From NCBI GenBank assembly GCA_016928155.1, contig JAFGLG010000017.1, positions 4,134-68,133 of the forward strand: a stretch of 64,000 bases of DNA, read 5' to 3'. Positions 10,729-20,079 of the stretch are shown piece after piece. Position 1 is the first letter of the stretch. Every line of letters begins with the position of its first letter. This DNA comes from Candidatus Woesearchaeota archaeon. Lineage in GTDB: Archaea > Nanobdellota > Nanobdellia > Woesearchaeales > JAFGLG01. The translations under genes were made by a program, and so were the position numbers. The notes under the pieces were generated by a model, which searched no databases, was not told the DNA's origin, and worked only from the letters and a program-made list of their open reading frames with translations.

Positions 10729-11688
10729 ATGAGATATTCCAGACAGGTAGCATTGACGGAAATTGGCAGGGACGGCCAGAAGAAGCTCACTGGATCTTCT
10801 GTGGCTATTATTGGTGTAGGCGCTCTTGGATCCTGTTCAGCTGAACTTTTGGCAAGGGCGGGGATAGGCAGGCTCATCCTGGTTGATGACGAAAAAGTAG
10901 AGCTCTCTAATATCCAGAGGCAATGCCTTTTTGATGAGAAAGATATTGGCAAGCTCAAGGTTTCTGTTGCTGAGAAGAAGCTTGCACTGATCAATTCTGG
11001 TATTGAAGTGGAGTCCTATGATGCCCGGCTCAATGAGGGTAATCTGGACCTCCTTGATTGCGATTTGATTATTGATGCGACTGATAATATTGGATCAAGA
11101 CTCCTGATCAGCAGTTATGCATATGCTCATTCTATCCCATTCATCTTTGGCAGCGTTGTCCAGACAAGGGGCATGATGTTTGTCTCGCATGAAGGGCCTT
11201 GTTTGGGATGCATCATTGGGGATGCTGTTTCTGAGTCTGACTGCACATCGTCTGGCATCATCAACACCATACCGCCGATGATCGCCTCTTTGCAGGTCAC
11301 AGAAGCCATAAAGATGCTTACTGGTCATCCGGCTTCCAGGGATCTGATGATTTTGGATGTGTGGAAGGGGGAGCTCTCCAGGATCAAGGTGAAGAAAAGG
11401 CCGGGATGCCCTGTGTGCGGGGCGGATAAGTTCGGTTTTACTGTCGAGAGATGCAAGACAAAAGCAGCATATTCCGCAAGACCCCTGAAGTCGCAGAAGC
11501 TCGATCTTGACAGCATAAAGAAGCGCTTCAAGGTTGTGATGGAGACTCCGATGCTGCTCGTGATTGATGAGCATGGTGAGATAATAGTCCACAGGCATGG
11601 CGAGCTCATGTTCAAGGCATTGGATGATGTCAGGAAGATAAGGGATATATCTGAAAGGATTTACAGGGTGGGTGTTCATGGCGCTTAA
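10729..11688 (+). CDS. ThiF/MoeB/E1-like activating enzyme with C-terminal extension
   Basis: RYSRQ, GVGALG, SNIQRQ, DATDN, Zn-binding CLGC and CPVC, putative catalytic Cys (SDCTSSG). Confidence 0.9.
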   Translation: MRYSRQVALTEIGRDGQKKLTGSSVAIIGVGALGSCSAELLARAGIGRLILVDDEKVELSNIQRQCLFDEKDIGKLKVSVAEKKLALINSGIEVESYDARLNEGNLDLLDCDLIIDATDNIGSRLLISSYAYAHSIPFIFGSVVQTRGMMFVSHEGPCLGCIIGDAVSESDCTSSGIINTIPPMIASLQVTEAIKMLTGHPASRDLMILDVWKGELSRIKVKKRPGCPVCGADKFGFTVERCKTKAAYSARPLKSQKLDLDSIKKRFKVVMETPMLLVIDEHGEIIVHRHGELMFKALDDVRKIRDISERIYRVGVHGA

Positions 11689-12751
11689 GGATAAGGAACT
11701 GGATAGTATCAGGGGGCATCTTGATGATTGCAGCAAGCCCCTTTTCTATTTTGATGACGATGTCGATGGCCTTTGCAGTTTCCTGCTGTTGTACAGGTAT
11801 AAGAGAGAGGGCAAGGGCATAATCCTGAAGGTCGCTCCTGAGGTAAAGAAGGAGATGGCCAGGAAAGCTGTTGAGTTCGGTGCTGACAAGGTCTTCATCC
11901 TCGACAAGCCCATGGTGAGCGATGAGTTCTTTGATGAGATAAAGGCTGATATTGTCTGGCTTGATCATCATGAGGTCCAGGATATCTCTCACTCGAATGT
12001 CCATTATTTCAATCCGAGGAAGCATGAGGACTCTGACAACAGGCCTACGACTTACTGGTGCTATAAGGTGGTTGACCCGAAGCTTGAGGATAAGAATAAT
12101 CTCTGGATCGCTGCTGTGGGGTGTGTGGGTGATTGGCATCTTCCTGATTTCTTCGACAGGTTCAGGGAAGTGTTTCCTGAACTGGTGGGCGAGGATGTGA
12201 AGAAGCCCGAGGATGCTTATTTTGCCTCTAGGCTGGGTGAGTTGATAAGGATACTCTCATACATCCTCAAGGGCCAGACAACTGAGGTCTTCAAGTGCAT
12301 TAAGATCCTCACAAGGATTGAGTCTCCGGTTGAGATACTTGATCAGGCAACCGACCGCGGCAGGTTCATATATAAGAAATATCTTAAGGAGAAGGAAGAG
12401 TATGATTCTATCATGCGCGAGATAGTGGAGAAGCACGGGCCCGGTGATAAGAAGAAGGGGATGATCGTGCATATCTACCACGCGAACAAGACCAGCTTCA
12501 CATCTGATCTTTCCAATGAGCTTCTTTACATGTTCCCTGAAAGGATCATCCTTGTCGGACGCGAGAAGAATGAGGAGATCAAGTTGAGCTTGAGATCGTC
12601 TAAGGAGCATGACTTGAGGGAAGCTTTGGAATCTGCCTTGACTGTTGCTGAGGGTTATGGTGGGGGCCACAGGAATGCCTGCGGCGCCAATGTGAAGAAG
12701 CGTGATTTCAGTCAGTTTGTTGAAAAGCTCAGGGGTGAGCTGGGCGTTTGA
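11672..12751 (+). CDS. DHH/DHHA1 phosphoesterase (RecJ/NrnA-like); likely start 11678
   Basis: DDDVDG, LDHH, SLRS and GGGHRNACG motifs. Confidence 0.88.
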   Translation: MFMALKDKELDSIRGHLDDCSKPLFYFDDDVDGLCSFLLLYRYKREGKGIILKVAPEVKKEMARKAVEFGADKVFILDKPMVSDEFFDEIKADIVWLDHHEVQDISHSNVHYFNPRKHEDSDNRPTTYWCYKVVDPKLEDKNNLWIAAVGCVGDWHLPDFFDRFREVFPELVGEDVKKPEDAYFASRLGELIRILSYILKGQTTEVFKCIKILTRIESPVEILDQATDRGRFIYKKYLKEKEEYDSIMREIVEKHGPGDKKKGMIVHIYHANKTSFTSDLSNELLYMFPERIILVGREKNEEIKLSLRSSKEHDLREALESALTVAEGYGGGHRNACGANVKKRDFSQFVEKLRGELGV

Positions 12752-12792
12752 ACCGCAATCTTTATTAATGCTTCATTTCTCCGGAACACGAT

Positions 12793-12891
12793 GCGCCGAT
12801 GGTCTAATGGCTATGACAGCGGCCTTCCAAGCAGGTGAAGTCAGCCGTTTATCCGGGTTCGAAACTCTATGCGAAAGTCCCGGTCGGCGCA
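12793..12891 (+). tRNA. tRNA-Gly(TCC) with introns at 37/38 (12830-12842) and 59/60 (12864-12877)
   Basis: Acceptor GCGCCGA/TCGGCGC, anticodon 12826-12828, T-stem CCGGG/CCCGG; both inserts form BHB motifs; 72-nt mature cloverleaf. Confidence 0.9.
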
Positions 12892-12946
12892 TTTGATTCT
12901 TTCCTTACCGAAAATTATTTAATGACATCTCGCATGTTTTGTTCTC

Positions 12947-13591
12947 ATGAGGAGACCGAGAATTGTTGTATTCACAGCCCATGATGATGATAATGTATTT
13001 GGTCTTGGCGGGACACTGATAAAATACATCGGGGAAGGCCATGATGTGACCTGTGTCATCTTCTCTTATGGGGAAAGCAGCAATATACTTCTGAAGAAGA
13101 ACATCACAAAAGGGATGAGGAAGAAGGAATGGCTTGAGGTCTCGAGATTCATCGGTGTCAGGAAGACTGTCTACTTCGGTCTTGAGGACATGAATGTCGA
13201 TAGGGAGATCAGGAATAAGCAGGTCCTTGAGGAGACAATCAAGGTTCTCAGGAAGACAAAGCCGGATAAGGTATTCACCCACTCAGCGAATGATGCCCAC
13301 CCCGACCACAAGGCTGTACATTCTCTGGTCCTTGAGGCTTATGATGGGCTCGGCCTGAAGTCAGACCTTTATACATTCGACGTCTGGACACCGTTCAGGA
13401 AGAGCAAGGACCTTCCTGAGATGTACGTTGATATCACCGGGCAGTTCAGGAAGAAGCTCAAGGCGATTTTCATGTTCAGGAGCCAGAGGAATACCATCTT
13501 CACTCTGATGACTTCGGTCTATTGGAAGGCGTTTTATTTCGGTCTCAAGAATCATTGCAGATGGGCTGAGAAGTTCTATAAGGAGAGATAG
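12947..13591 (+). CDS. PIG-L/LmbE-family N-deacetylase
   Basis: AHDDD, DAHPDH, VDIT...KLKA..SQ motifs. Confidence 0.88.
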   Translation: MRRPRIVVFTAHDDDNVFGLGGTLIKYIGEGHDVTCVIFSYGESSNILLKKNITKGMRKKEWLEVSRFIGVRKTVYFGLEDMNVDREIRNKQVLEETIKVLRKTKPDKVFTHSANDAHPDHKAVHSLVLEAYDGLGLKSDLYTFDVWTPFRKSKDLPEMYVDITGQFRKKLKAIFMFRSQRNTIFTLMTSVYWKAFYFGLKNHCRWAEKFYKER

Positions 13592-13592
13592 A

Positions 13593-14714
13593 ATGAGGAT
13601 ATTGGTTGCGACTGACAATTACTTGCCGAGGTGGGATGGGATATCGCGGTTCCTGCACGAGATTCTTCCGGGGCTCGCCAGGAATTTTGACATAAGCGTC
13701 ATCGGCCCCGGATTCCCGGGCAAGAGCATGGGCATCAGGGGAGTCTCTGCCGAGCTGCTCCCCACTTTCGGGTTTCATGTGGGTGATTACAGCCCTGCTA
13801 AGCCCAGCATGAGGAAGATAAGGGAGATGGTGGAAGATTGTGATGTGGTCTTCTCCCAGTCTCTCGGCCCGATAGGTTTTTTTGCTGTGAATTATGCCAA
13901 GAGGTATGGCAAGCCTCTTGTCTGCTATGTGCATTCCATTGAATGGGAGCTTTTTGAGAAATCCATCAAGCTGCACAGGTATGCCAAAAGCATTGTGAAG
14001 CATACAACAAAAAGCCTCGCCCGCAGCCTCTACAATAAGGCTGACCTTCTTCTTGTCCCTTCGAAAGAGATTGGCTCATTGCTCACTAAGGAAGGTATCA
14101 GGACAAAGAAACATGTCGTGCATCTGGGCATCAACACAGAAGAGTTCAGGCCGTCAGCAAAAAAGGCTGATGCTAAGAAGAAGCTTTCTTTTGGGGATGA
14201 TATTATCATAGGATTCACAGGGAGGCTTGGGAGGGAGAAGGATCTTCCTACCCTGTATGAGGCTTTTGATATAATCTCAAGGGTGCATGATGATGTCAGG
14301 CTTGTTATCGTCGGCACGGGCATTGAGGAGCTTGGGTCCCGCACGAACAAACGTGTCATTTTCACTGGGAATGTGGATAATGTGCAGGACTATCTCAGGG
14401 CTTTTGATATATTTGTCATGCCATCACTGACAGAGACCTCATCTCTTGCCACCATGGAGGCCATGGCCTGCGCCTTGCCTGTTGTATCGACAAAAGTCGG
14501 TTACATAAGGCATTATATCAGGGATGGGCAGAATGGTTTCTTCTTCGATTTTGGTGACGCCAATGGTCTTGCCAGAAGGCTTGACATGCTCATCGGGTCA
14601 GAATCATTGAGGAGAAGCATAGGTAAGAAGGCCCGCGAGACCATTGTCAGGAAATATCCTTGGTCAAAGACGATGAAGGAGCTGAATATGGTTTTTGATG
14701 GCTTCAGACCTTGA
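13593..14714 (+). CDS. GT4-family glycosyltransferase
   Basis: MRILVATDNYLP, GRLGREK, ETSSLATMEAMA (Ex7E). Confidence 0.9.
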   Translation: MRILVATDNYLPRWDGISRFLHEILPGLARNFDISVIGPGFPGKSMGIRGVSAELLPTFGFHVGDYSPAKPSMRKIREMVEDCDVVFSQSLGPIGFFAVNYAKRYGKPLVCYVHSIEWELFEKSIKLHRYAKSIVKHTTKSLARSLYNKADLLLVPSKEIGSLLTKEGIRTKKHVVHLGINTEEFRPSAKKADAKKKLSFGDDIIIGFTGRLGREKDLPTLYEAFDIISRVHDDVRLVIVGTGIEELGSRTNKRVIFTGNVDNVQDYLRAFDIFVMPSLTETSSLATMEAMACALPVVSTKVGYIRHYIRDGQNGFFFDFGDANGLARRLDMLIGSESLRRSIGKKARETIVRKYPWSKTMKELNMVFDGFRP

Positions 14715-17700
14715 GGCTTACGACATTGCTCACTCCGTGTTCGTCCATGGAGACGCCGTAGAGTATCTCTCCTTCTGAGACAACGGAATCATTATGTGTT
14801 ATCATGAGGTATTGGGCCCTGTCAGAGTATTGTGCGACGAGCTTTGCCAGTTTCTCTGAATTCTTCTTGTCCAGCGCTGCATCCACTTCATCAAGCACAT
14901 AGAATGACGCCGGCTCATGTTCCTGTATGCAGAATATGAATGCCAGCGCTGTCATGGTCTTCTCGCCTCCTGAGAGGCTTCTTATGTCAAGGAATTTCTT
15001 TCCTGATAGCCTTACCTTTATCCTGACCCCTTCTGCGAGCGGCTCTTTCTCATTCTCAAGCTCAAGGTAAGCGTCTCCTTTTGTGGACAGCTGTGAGAAT
15101 ATGTTCTTGAAGTTCTCTGTTACCACATTGAATGTCTTGAGGAAAAGGTCTTTCTTCTTCGTGTCTATCTCGTTTATCATGAGCAACACGTCGGACCTCT
15201 CTGTCTCCAGCTTCTTCTTCTTCTCGTGCAGGTTCTTGTATTCATGCTCGACATTGTCGTATATCTCAAGTGCCTTGAGGTTGACTGAACCGAGGTTCTG
15301 CACCATGTTCTCGAACTGGCTTATCTCCCTCTTGAGGTCCTGTTCTGATTTCTGCTTGTCCAGGCTGACCCCTTCATAGTCCTTGAATTCGTTCTGGAGG
15401 TTGTCGAGGTCTGCCTTGACCCTGGCGTTCTCAAGGTTTATTGAGTTTATAAGGTGGTCCTCTTTCCTTTCCTGCTCGAAGAGCGCTGTCAGCTTGTCGT
15501 CAAGCTTCTTGATGTCTGTGTCTATCTTTGTCTTGTCTGTGAAAAGGCTTTTGAACTGCTCGTAGAACCTCTTCTCGATCTTCTCGCTCTCCTTGAGCTT
15601 TGTATCCAGCCCGGCCATCATGCCCTGGTTGTCTTTGATCTGGCCTTCGAAGTCCGCTTTCTCTTTCTTCTGGTCTGCCAGCAGCCTGTCTATCCTGGCA
15701 TTCTCTGGGTCCAGTATGTTCTTTGTCTGCGCATCGATGTTGCTTGTCTCTATCTGCAGCTTGCTTATCTGTTCGTTCAGCTCGCTCTTTTTCTGCTCGA
15801 ATGTGTTCAGCTCGGCCAGCAGCCTCGGGTTCCTCAGCTCGTTTATCTTGTCCCTGAGCTCCTGCTTCTTCATCTTCAGCTCGGCCAGCGACCGGTTGCC
15901 TTCCGATATCTTGCTCTGGACCATGTTCATCTGCTTGTCGACGCTGCCTGTCCTGTCGTTCAGCTCCTTCTTCTGTTTTTTCGAGACATCCATGTCACCT
16001 GAATCAAGGTGGAGTGTCTTCTCTATCTTTATTATGTCCGCCTCGAGGTTCACCTTGAGCTGCCTCAGCCTGTCGATCCTCTTCTCGTTCTCTTCTTTCC
16101 TGCTTTCGAGGGCTGACACCATCCTTTCCAGGTCCTCTAGGTCTTTCTCTCTCTTGGAGATGTCCTTGATGACCTCTTTCTCCTGGAAGCTGAAGCCCTG
16201 CCTCTTGGTCGACCTGTAACCGCCTTTCATGGCCCCGCTGAGCTCAGTGAGGTCCCCCCCGAGTGTCACCATCTTGGCTGTCCCTACACCTATCCTTCTT
16301 GCTGTCTGTATGTCATCGACGACCACTGTGCTTCCGAATACATATGAGAATATGCCCCTGAACTTCGGCTCATGGCTCACCAGGTCTATTGCCAGCCCGT
16401 GGACTCCGCTTGTGTCCTTAAGGGCTTTCGCTGCCTGGTCTGCCTGCTTGCCGTGCACCTTGTTGAGCGGGAGGAATGTGGCTACCCCGAGCTTGTTGTC
16501 CTTGAGATAGCTTATGCATCTTGCTGCGACTGCGTCGTTCTCCACGACAACCCCCTTTATCTTCTGCCCTGCCGCTATCTCTAGCGCAAGCGAGTATTTG
16601 GAGCTTACCTCTCCTAGCTCTGATACCGCACCATAGATGCCTTTTATGCTCTTCCTCTGCTCCAGGATCTTCCTTAGGGCGGTGTCCCCGAGGGATATCT
16701 CCTTTATGCTCATCTCTCGCGCCCTGAGCTTAGAGAGCTCCTCGTTGATCGTGAGTGTCTTTGACCTTGCTGTGCCTAATTGCGCTGACAGGCTTGAATC
16801 CTCGTTGAGCAGCTGGTTCAGCTCCAGGGTCGCTGACTTGAACTCCTTCTTCTTCTGTTTCAGGTCCTCTATCTGGGCCTTGTTCTCCTTCTCCAGCATC
16901 AGCACTTTTTCCATCTTCTCGTCTATTGCCTGGACCTGGAACTCTATCCTGTCCTTCTCCCTGAGAAGGTCCTGCTGCTGCTGCCTGAGGTCGCCCAGGC
17001 CTTTCTGCATATCATCCGCTTTCTTGTCGAGTCCTTCTATCTCCTTGTCTAGCTCTGCTGCATTCTGAAGGTCATGCTTTTTCCTGAAGTCATCTATCTT
17101 CCTGCTTATCAGCTCCCTCTCGTTCTCCCTGGACTTCAGCTGTTTGCCCAGCTCGCTTCTCTCGAATTCAAGGCTCTTTTTCTTCTCGATTATCTCGTCT
17201 TTCTGTTTCTGGAGCTGCTCTTCCCTCTGGTTTATCCGGTGAATCTCGTTCTTCAGGGCTTCTGTCTTGTTCTTCAGCGTCGCGATCTCCACCCTTATCT
17301 TCTCTGCCTGCTTGTGCATGTCCACCTGCTCTTTCTCGCCTTTCTGCTCTATCTCCTTGTTTATTGCATCTGTCTTTTCCTTGAGCTCTGCCATCCTGGT
17401 CTTCAGCTCGTGGATCTCCTTGGTGACCTTGTCTATCCTTTCCTGGTGTTTCTTGGCCCTCGAGTCGAACTCATCTTTCTCTGCCTGCTTCTTCTCTATC
17501 TGCCGCCATAGGAATGTGGCCTTGTTCGTCTTTATCTTGCTGTTGAGGTTCTGGTATTTTGCTGCCTGGTCCCTCTCTTTCTTGAGATTCTTGAGGTTGT
17601 TTTCTCTCTCTCCGAGTATTATCTCAGATTCCTTCAGCTTCTGCTCTACCTTATCCAGCTCCATGAGGGCTTTCTGCCTCTTCTCCTCATATTTTGAAAT

Positions 17701-18201
17701 GCCTGATATCTCCTCTATTAGCATCCTCCTGTCATTGGGGGACATCTCAACGAACTTGACTATGTCCCCCTGTAGGATTATGTTATACCCTTCCGGGTCA
17801 ATCCTGGCAAGCCCCAGGAGGTCTAGAATCTCTTGTCTTGTCCTCTTCTCTTCATTGATTTTATAGATGCTGACCCCGTTCGGCCTGACTATCCTTGTGA
17901 TCTTTATCTCCTTGTCTTCTGTCGGAAAGGTCTTGTCCATATTGTCGAAATATATCGATACCTCTGCGAATGCTGCGCTCTTCTTCGACTTCCCGCCGTT
18001 GTAGATGAGGTTTGCTGACTTCTCTGCTCTTAGCGCTTTTGAGCTTGACCTTCCGAGAACAAAGCAGATTGCATCGAGTATGTTCGATTTTCCGGAGCCG
18101 TTCGGGCCAAGCACGACATTGAATTTGTTTCCGAATATAAGTTCAGTCCTTTTGGCGAATGATTTGAATCCGTGTAAGACGAGTTTGTTTATCTTTGTCA
18201 A
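14704..18201 (-). CDS. smc: Chromosome segregation protein SMC (TTG start)
   Basis: GFKSF, GPNGSGKSN, coiled coils, hinge, LSGGE, LDEVDAALD. Confidence 0.97.
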   Translation of the reverse strand: MTKINKLVLHGFKSFAKRTELIFGNKFNVVLGPNGSGKSNILDAICFVLGRSSSKALRAEKSANLIYNGGKSKKSAAFAEVSIYFDNMDKTFPTEDKEIKITRIVRPNGVSIYKINEEKRTRQEILDLLGLARIDPEGYNIILQGDIVKFVEMSPNDRRMLIEEISGISKYEEKRQKALMELDKVEQKLKESEIILGERENNLKNLKKERDQAAKYQNLNSKIKTNKATFLWRQIEKKQAEKDEFDSRAKKHQERIDKVTKEIHELKTRMAELKEKTDAINKEIEQKGEKEQVDMHKQAEKIRVEIATLKNKTEALKNEIHRINQREEQLQKQKDEIIEKKKSLEFERSELGKQLKSRENERELISRKIDDFRKKHDLQNAAELDKEIEGLDKKADDMQKGLGDLRQQQQDLLREKDRIEFQVQAIDEKMEKVLMLEKENKAQIEDLKQKKKEFKSATLELNQLLNEDSSLSAQLGTARSKTLTINEELSKLRAREMSIKEISLGDTALRKILEQRKSIKGIYGAVSELGEVSSKYSLALEIAAGQKIKGVVVENDAVAARCISYLKDNKLGVATFLPLNKVHGKQADQAAKALKDTSGVHGLAIDLVSHEPKFRGIFSYVFGSTVVVDDIQTARRIGVGTAKMVTLGGDLTELSGAMKGGYRSTKRQGFSFQEKEVIKDISKREKDLEDLERMVSALESRKEENEKRIDRLRQLKVNLEADIIKIEKTLHLDSGDMDVSKKQKKELNDRTGSVDKQMNMVQSKISEGNRSLAELKMKKQELRDKINELRNPRLLAELNTFEQKKSELNEQISKLQIETSNIDAQTKNILDPENARIDRLLADQKKEKADFEGQIKDNQGMMAGLDTKLKESEKIEKRFYEQFKSLFTDKTKIDTDIKKLDDKLTALFEQERKEDHLINSINLENARVKADLDNLQNEFKDYEGVSLDKQKSEQDLKREISQFENMVQNLGSVNLKALEIYDNVEHEYKNLHEKKKKLETERSDVLLMINEIDTKKKDLFLKTFNVVTENFKNIFSQLSTKGDAYLELENEKEPLAEGVRIKVRLSGKKFLDIRSLSGGEKTMTALAFIFCIQEHEPASFYVLDEVDAALDKKNSEKLAKLVAQYSDRAQYLMITHNDSVVSEGEILYGVSMDEHGVSNVVSLKV

Positions 18202-18462
18202 AGTTACCCCTTCTTTTTCAATATGGACAATTTTTTATATGGACACGTCTATCCTGAGCCTTGTTTTCTGGTTATAATATTTAAATCTTTCTCTCAGCCA
18301 GAATCCGTATAAATGCAGAATTCTTGGCATAAAAGGCGTATAAACCATTTTTACCAAAATTATCAGCAGGATATTTATCGGCTGAAAGACATATATTGCA
18401 GGCTGTGTATTTAAAAGAGTTGCTAAAACTATTTAAGGTTTGGGAGAGAGCTTGGCAGGATA

Positions 18463-20079
18463 ATGGGGAGATCTCAGCAGAAGCGTGGAACTAGGGTCAA
18501 GAATGCCAAAAAGCCTTCCAGACATGTTTTAAATGCTTCTAAAAGCGCTGATGGCCGGGGCATTGGGCTCAGGTATTGGATAGTTCTTGCTCTGATTTTC
18601 ATTGTCTGCTCATGCCTGAGGATATATCTTGCGTATCAGGCCCCGTATTATTCAGATGACCTTGCGTATTTCAGCATGCGTCAGGTTGAGTCGATCCAAG
18701 AGACAGGATTCCCCATATTCAATGATACGCTGAGTTTTCAGGGAAGGCTCGCGATATTCTCTCCGTTGTTCCATTATTTTCTTGCCTTTTTCGGTCTTTT
18801 CCTTCCGTCAGCCATTGTGTTCAAGGTCATTCCGAATCTCCTTGCTGCATCTGTTGTTGTCATCATCTTTCTCATCACCTATGAGATAACCAGGTCAGGC
18901 ATGTCAGCTTTAGCATCCTCTGCATTGAGTGCCTTCGTCCCTGTCTATATCAAGACAACGATCAATTCAGTCTCTGTCCTCAGTCTTGTTGTCCCGCTCA
19001 TATTCTATCTCATATACTGCTATATGCGGATCGAAGAGGATCTTTTCATGAACCAGTTCATCATCCTGATTTTCATCCTGCCTCTCATCCATTCCACCGC
19101 TTTCCTCTTCATCATAGGCCTTGTGTTCTATATCTTCCTGGCGAAGCTCCAGGGATTGAGGCTGCTCCGCAAAGAGATCGAGGTCATACTGTTCTCGCTT
19201 TTCCTGATAATATGGGTGGAGTTCCTTATCTTCAAAAAAGCCTTTTTGTTCCACGGCATCCATGTGATATGGCAGAATGTCCCTCCGCAGGTATTGGATC
19301 TCTATTTCCAGCAGATCTCTTTTTTTGAGATATTGGGGCTGATCGGGGGCATCTCTTTTGTGATTGGTGCTTACACGATCTACAGGTACCTCTTCACCCA
19401 GAAGAACAAGGATATCTATCTTGTCGGCGGCTTCACCCTTTCTGTCGCCATCCTCCTTTGGCTGAGGCTGATAAAGCTTGAGACAGGGCTTGTGTTTTTC
19501 GGGCTTGTCCTCACTATCCTTGTGGGCCTTTTCTTTGGTCATTTCGACAGTGCTGTCCGGAAGACCAGGTTCGCCGGGCTGAGGTATATCGGGCACTCTG
19601 TCCTGATCATCCTGATTCTGGCAACAACTGTCTTCCCTTCCTATGTGATTGCTCAGAGGGAGATCCTTGACTCGACTACAGAAGCCAAGATATCTGCCCT
19701 TGAGTGGGCAAGGGACAGCCTGCCTCAGGATGCCACTCTGGTATCAATGATGGATGACGGGCATAAGATAAACCACATTGCGAAGAGGAAGAATATCCTG
19801 GATTCGAATTTCCTGCTGATTGAGGACGCTAAGATCAGGTATGCCGACCTTACTGACCTTTTCACCACCATGTTCAAGACTGAGGCGATAATGATCTTCG
19901 GGAAGTATGACGCCGAGTTTATCATGATGAGCCCCAGAGCAGCTGGATTCTATGGCATTGAGGGTCTCAGATATGTTGATGAGGTGTGTTTTGAGGAAGT
20001 ATACGATGAGGAGGGCATAATCATCTATCAGAATAGATGCACATTGGAGCCCTTGGAGAAAAATGGCCAGAAAGAATGA
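18463..20079 (+). CDS. Polytopic membrane protein, GT-C fold glycosyltransferase-like
   Basis: Many TM segments, SDDLAYF..RQ loop after first TM, soluble C-terminal domain. Confidence 0.6.
   Translation: MGRSQQKRGTRVKNAKKPSRHVLNASKSADGRGIGLRYWIVLALIFIVCSCLRIYLAYQAPYYSDDLAYFSMRQVESIQETGFPIFNDTLSFQGRLAIFSPLFHYFLAFFGLFLPSAIVFKVIPNLLAASVVVIIFLITYEITRSGMSALASSALSAFVPVYIKTTINSVSVLSLVVPLIFYLIYCYMRIEEDLFMNQFIILIFILPLIHSTAFLFIIGLVFYIFLAKLQGLRLLRKEIEVILFSLFLIIWVEFLIFKKAFLFHGIHVIWQNVPPQVLDLYFQQISFFEILGLIGGISFVIGAYTIYRYLFTQKNKDIYLVGGFTLSVAILLWLRLIKLETGLVFFGLVLTILVGLFFGHFDSAVRKTRFAGLRYIGHSVLIILILATTVFPSYVIAQREILDSTTEAKISALEWARDSLPQDATLVSMMDDGHKINHIAKRKNILDSNFLLIEDAKIRYADLTDLFTTMFKTEAIMIFGKYDAEFIMMSPRAAGFYGIEGLRYVDEVCFEEVYDEEGIIIYQNRCTLEPLEKNGQKE

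Noticed and set aside
15083-17866. Many long plus-strand ORFs opposite smc
   Set aside because: Antisense shadows of a K/E-rich coiled-coil gene; S/F/L-rich with no motifs. The same applies to most overlapping ORFs in the track.
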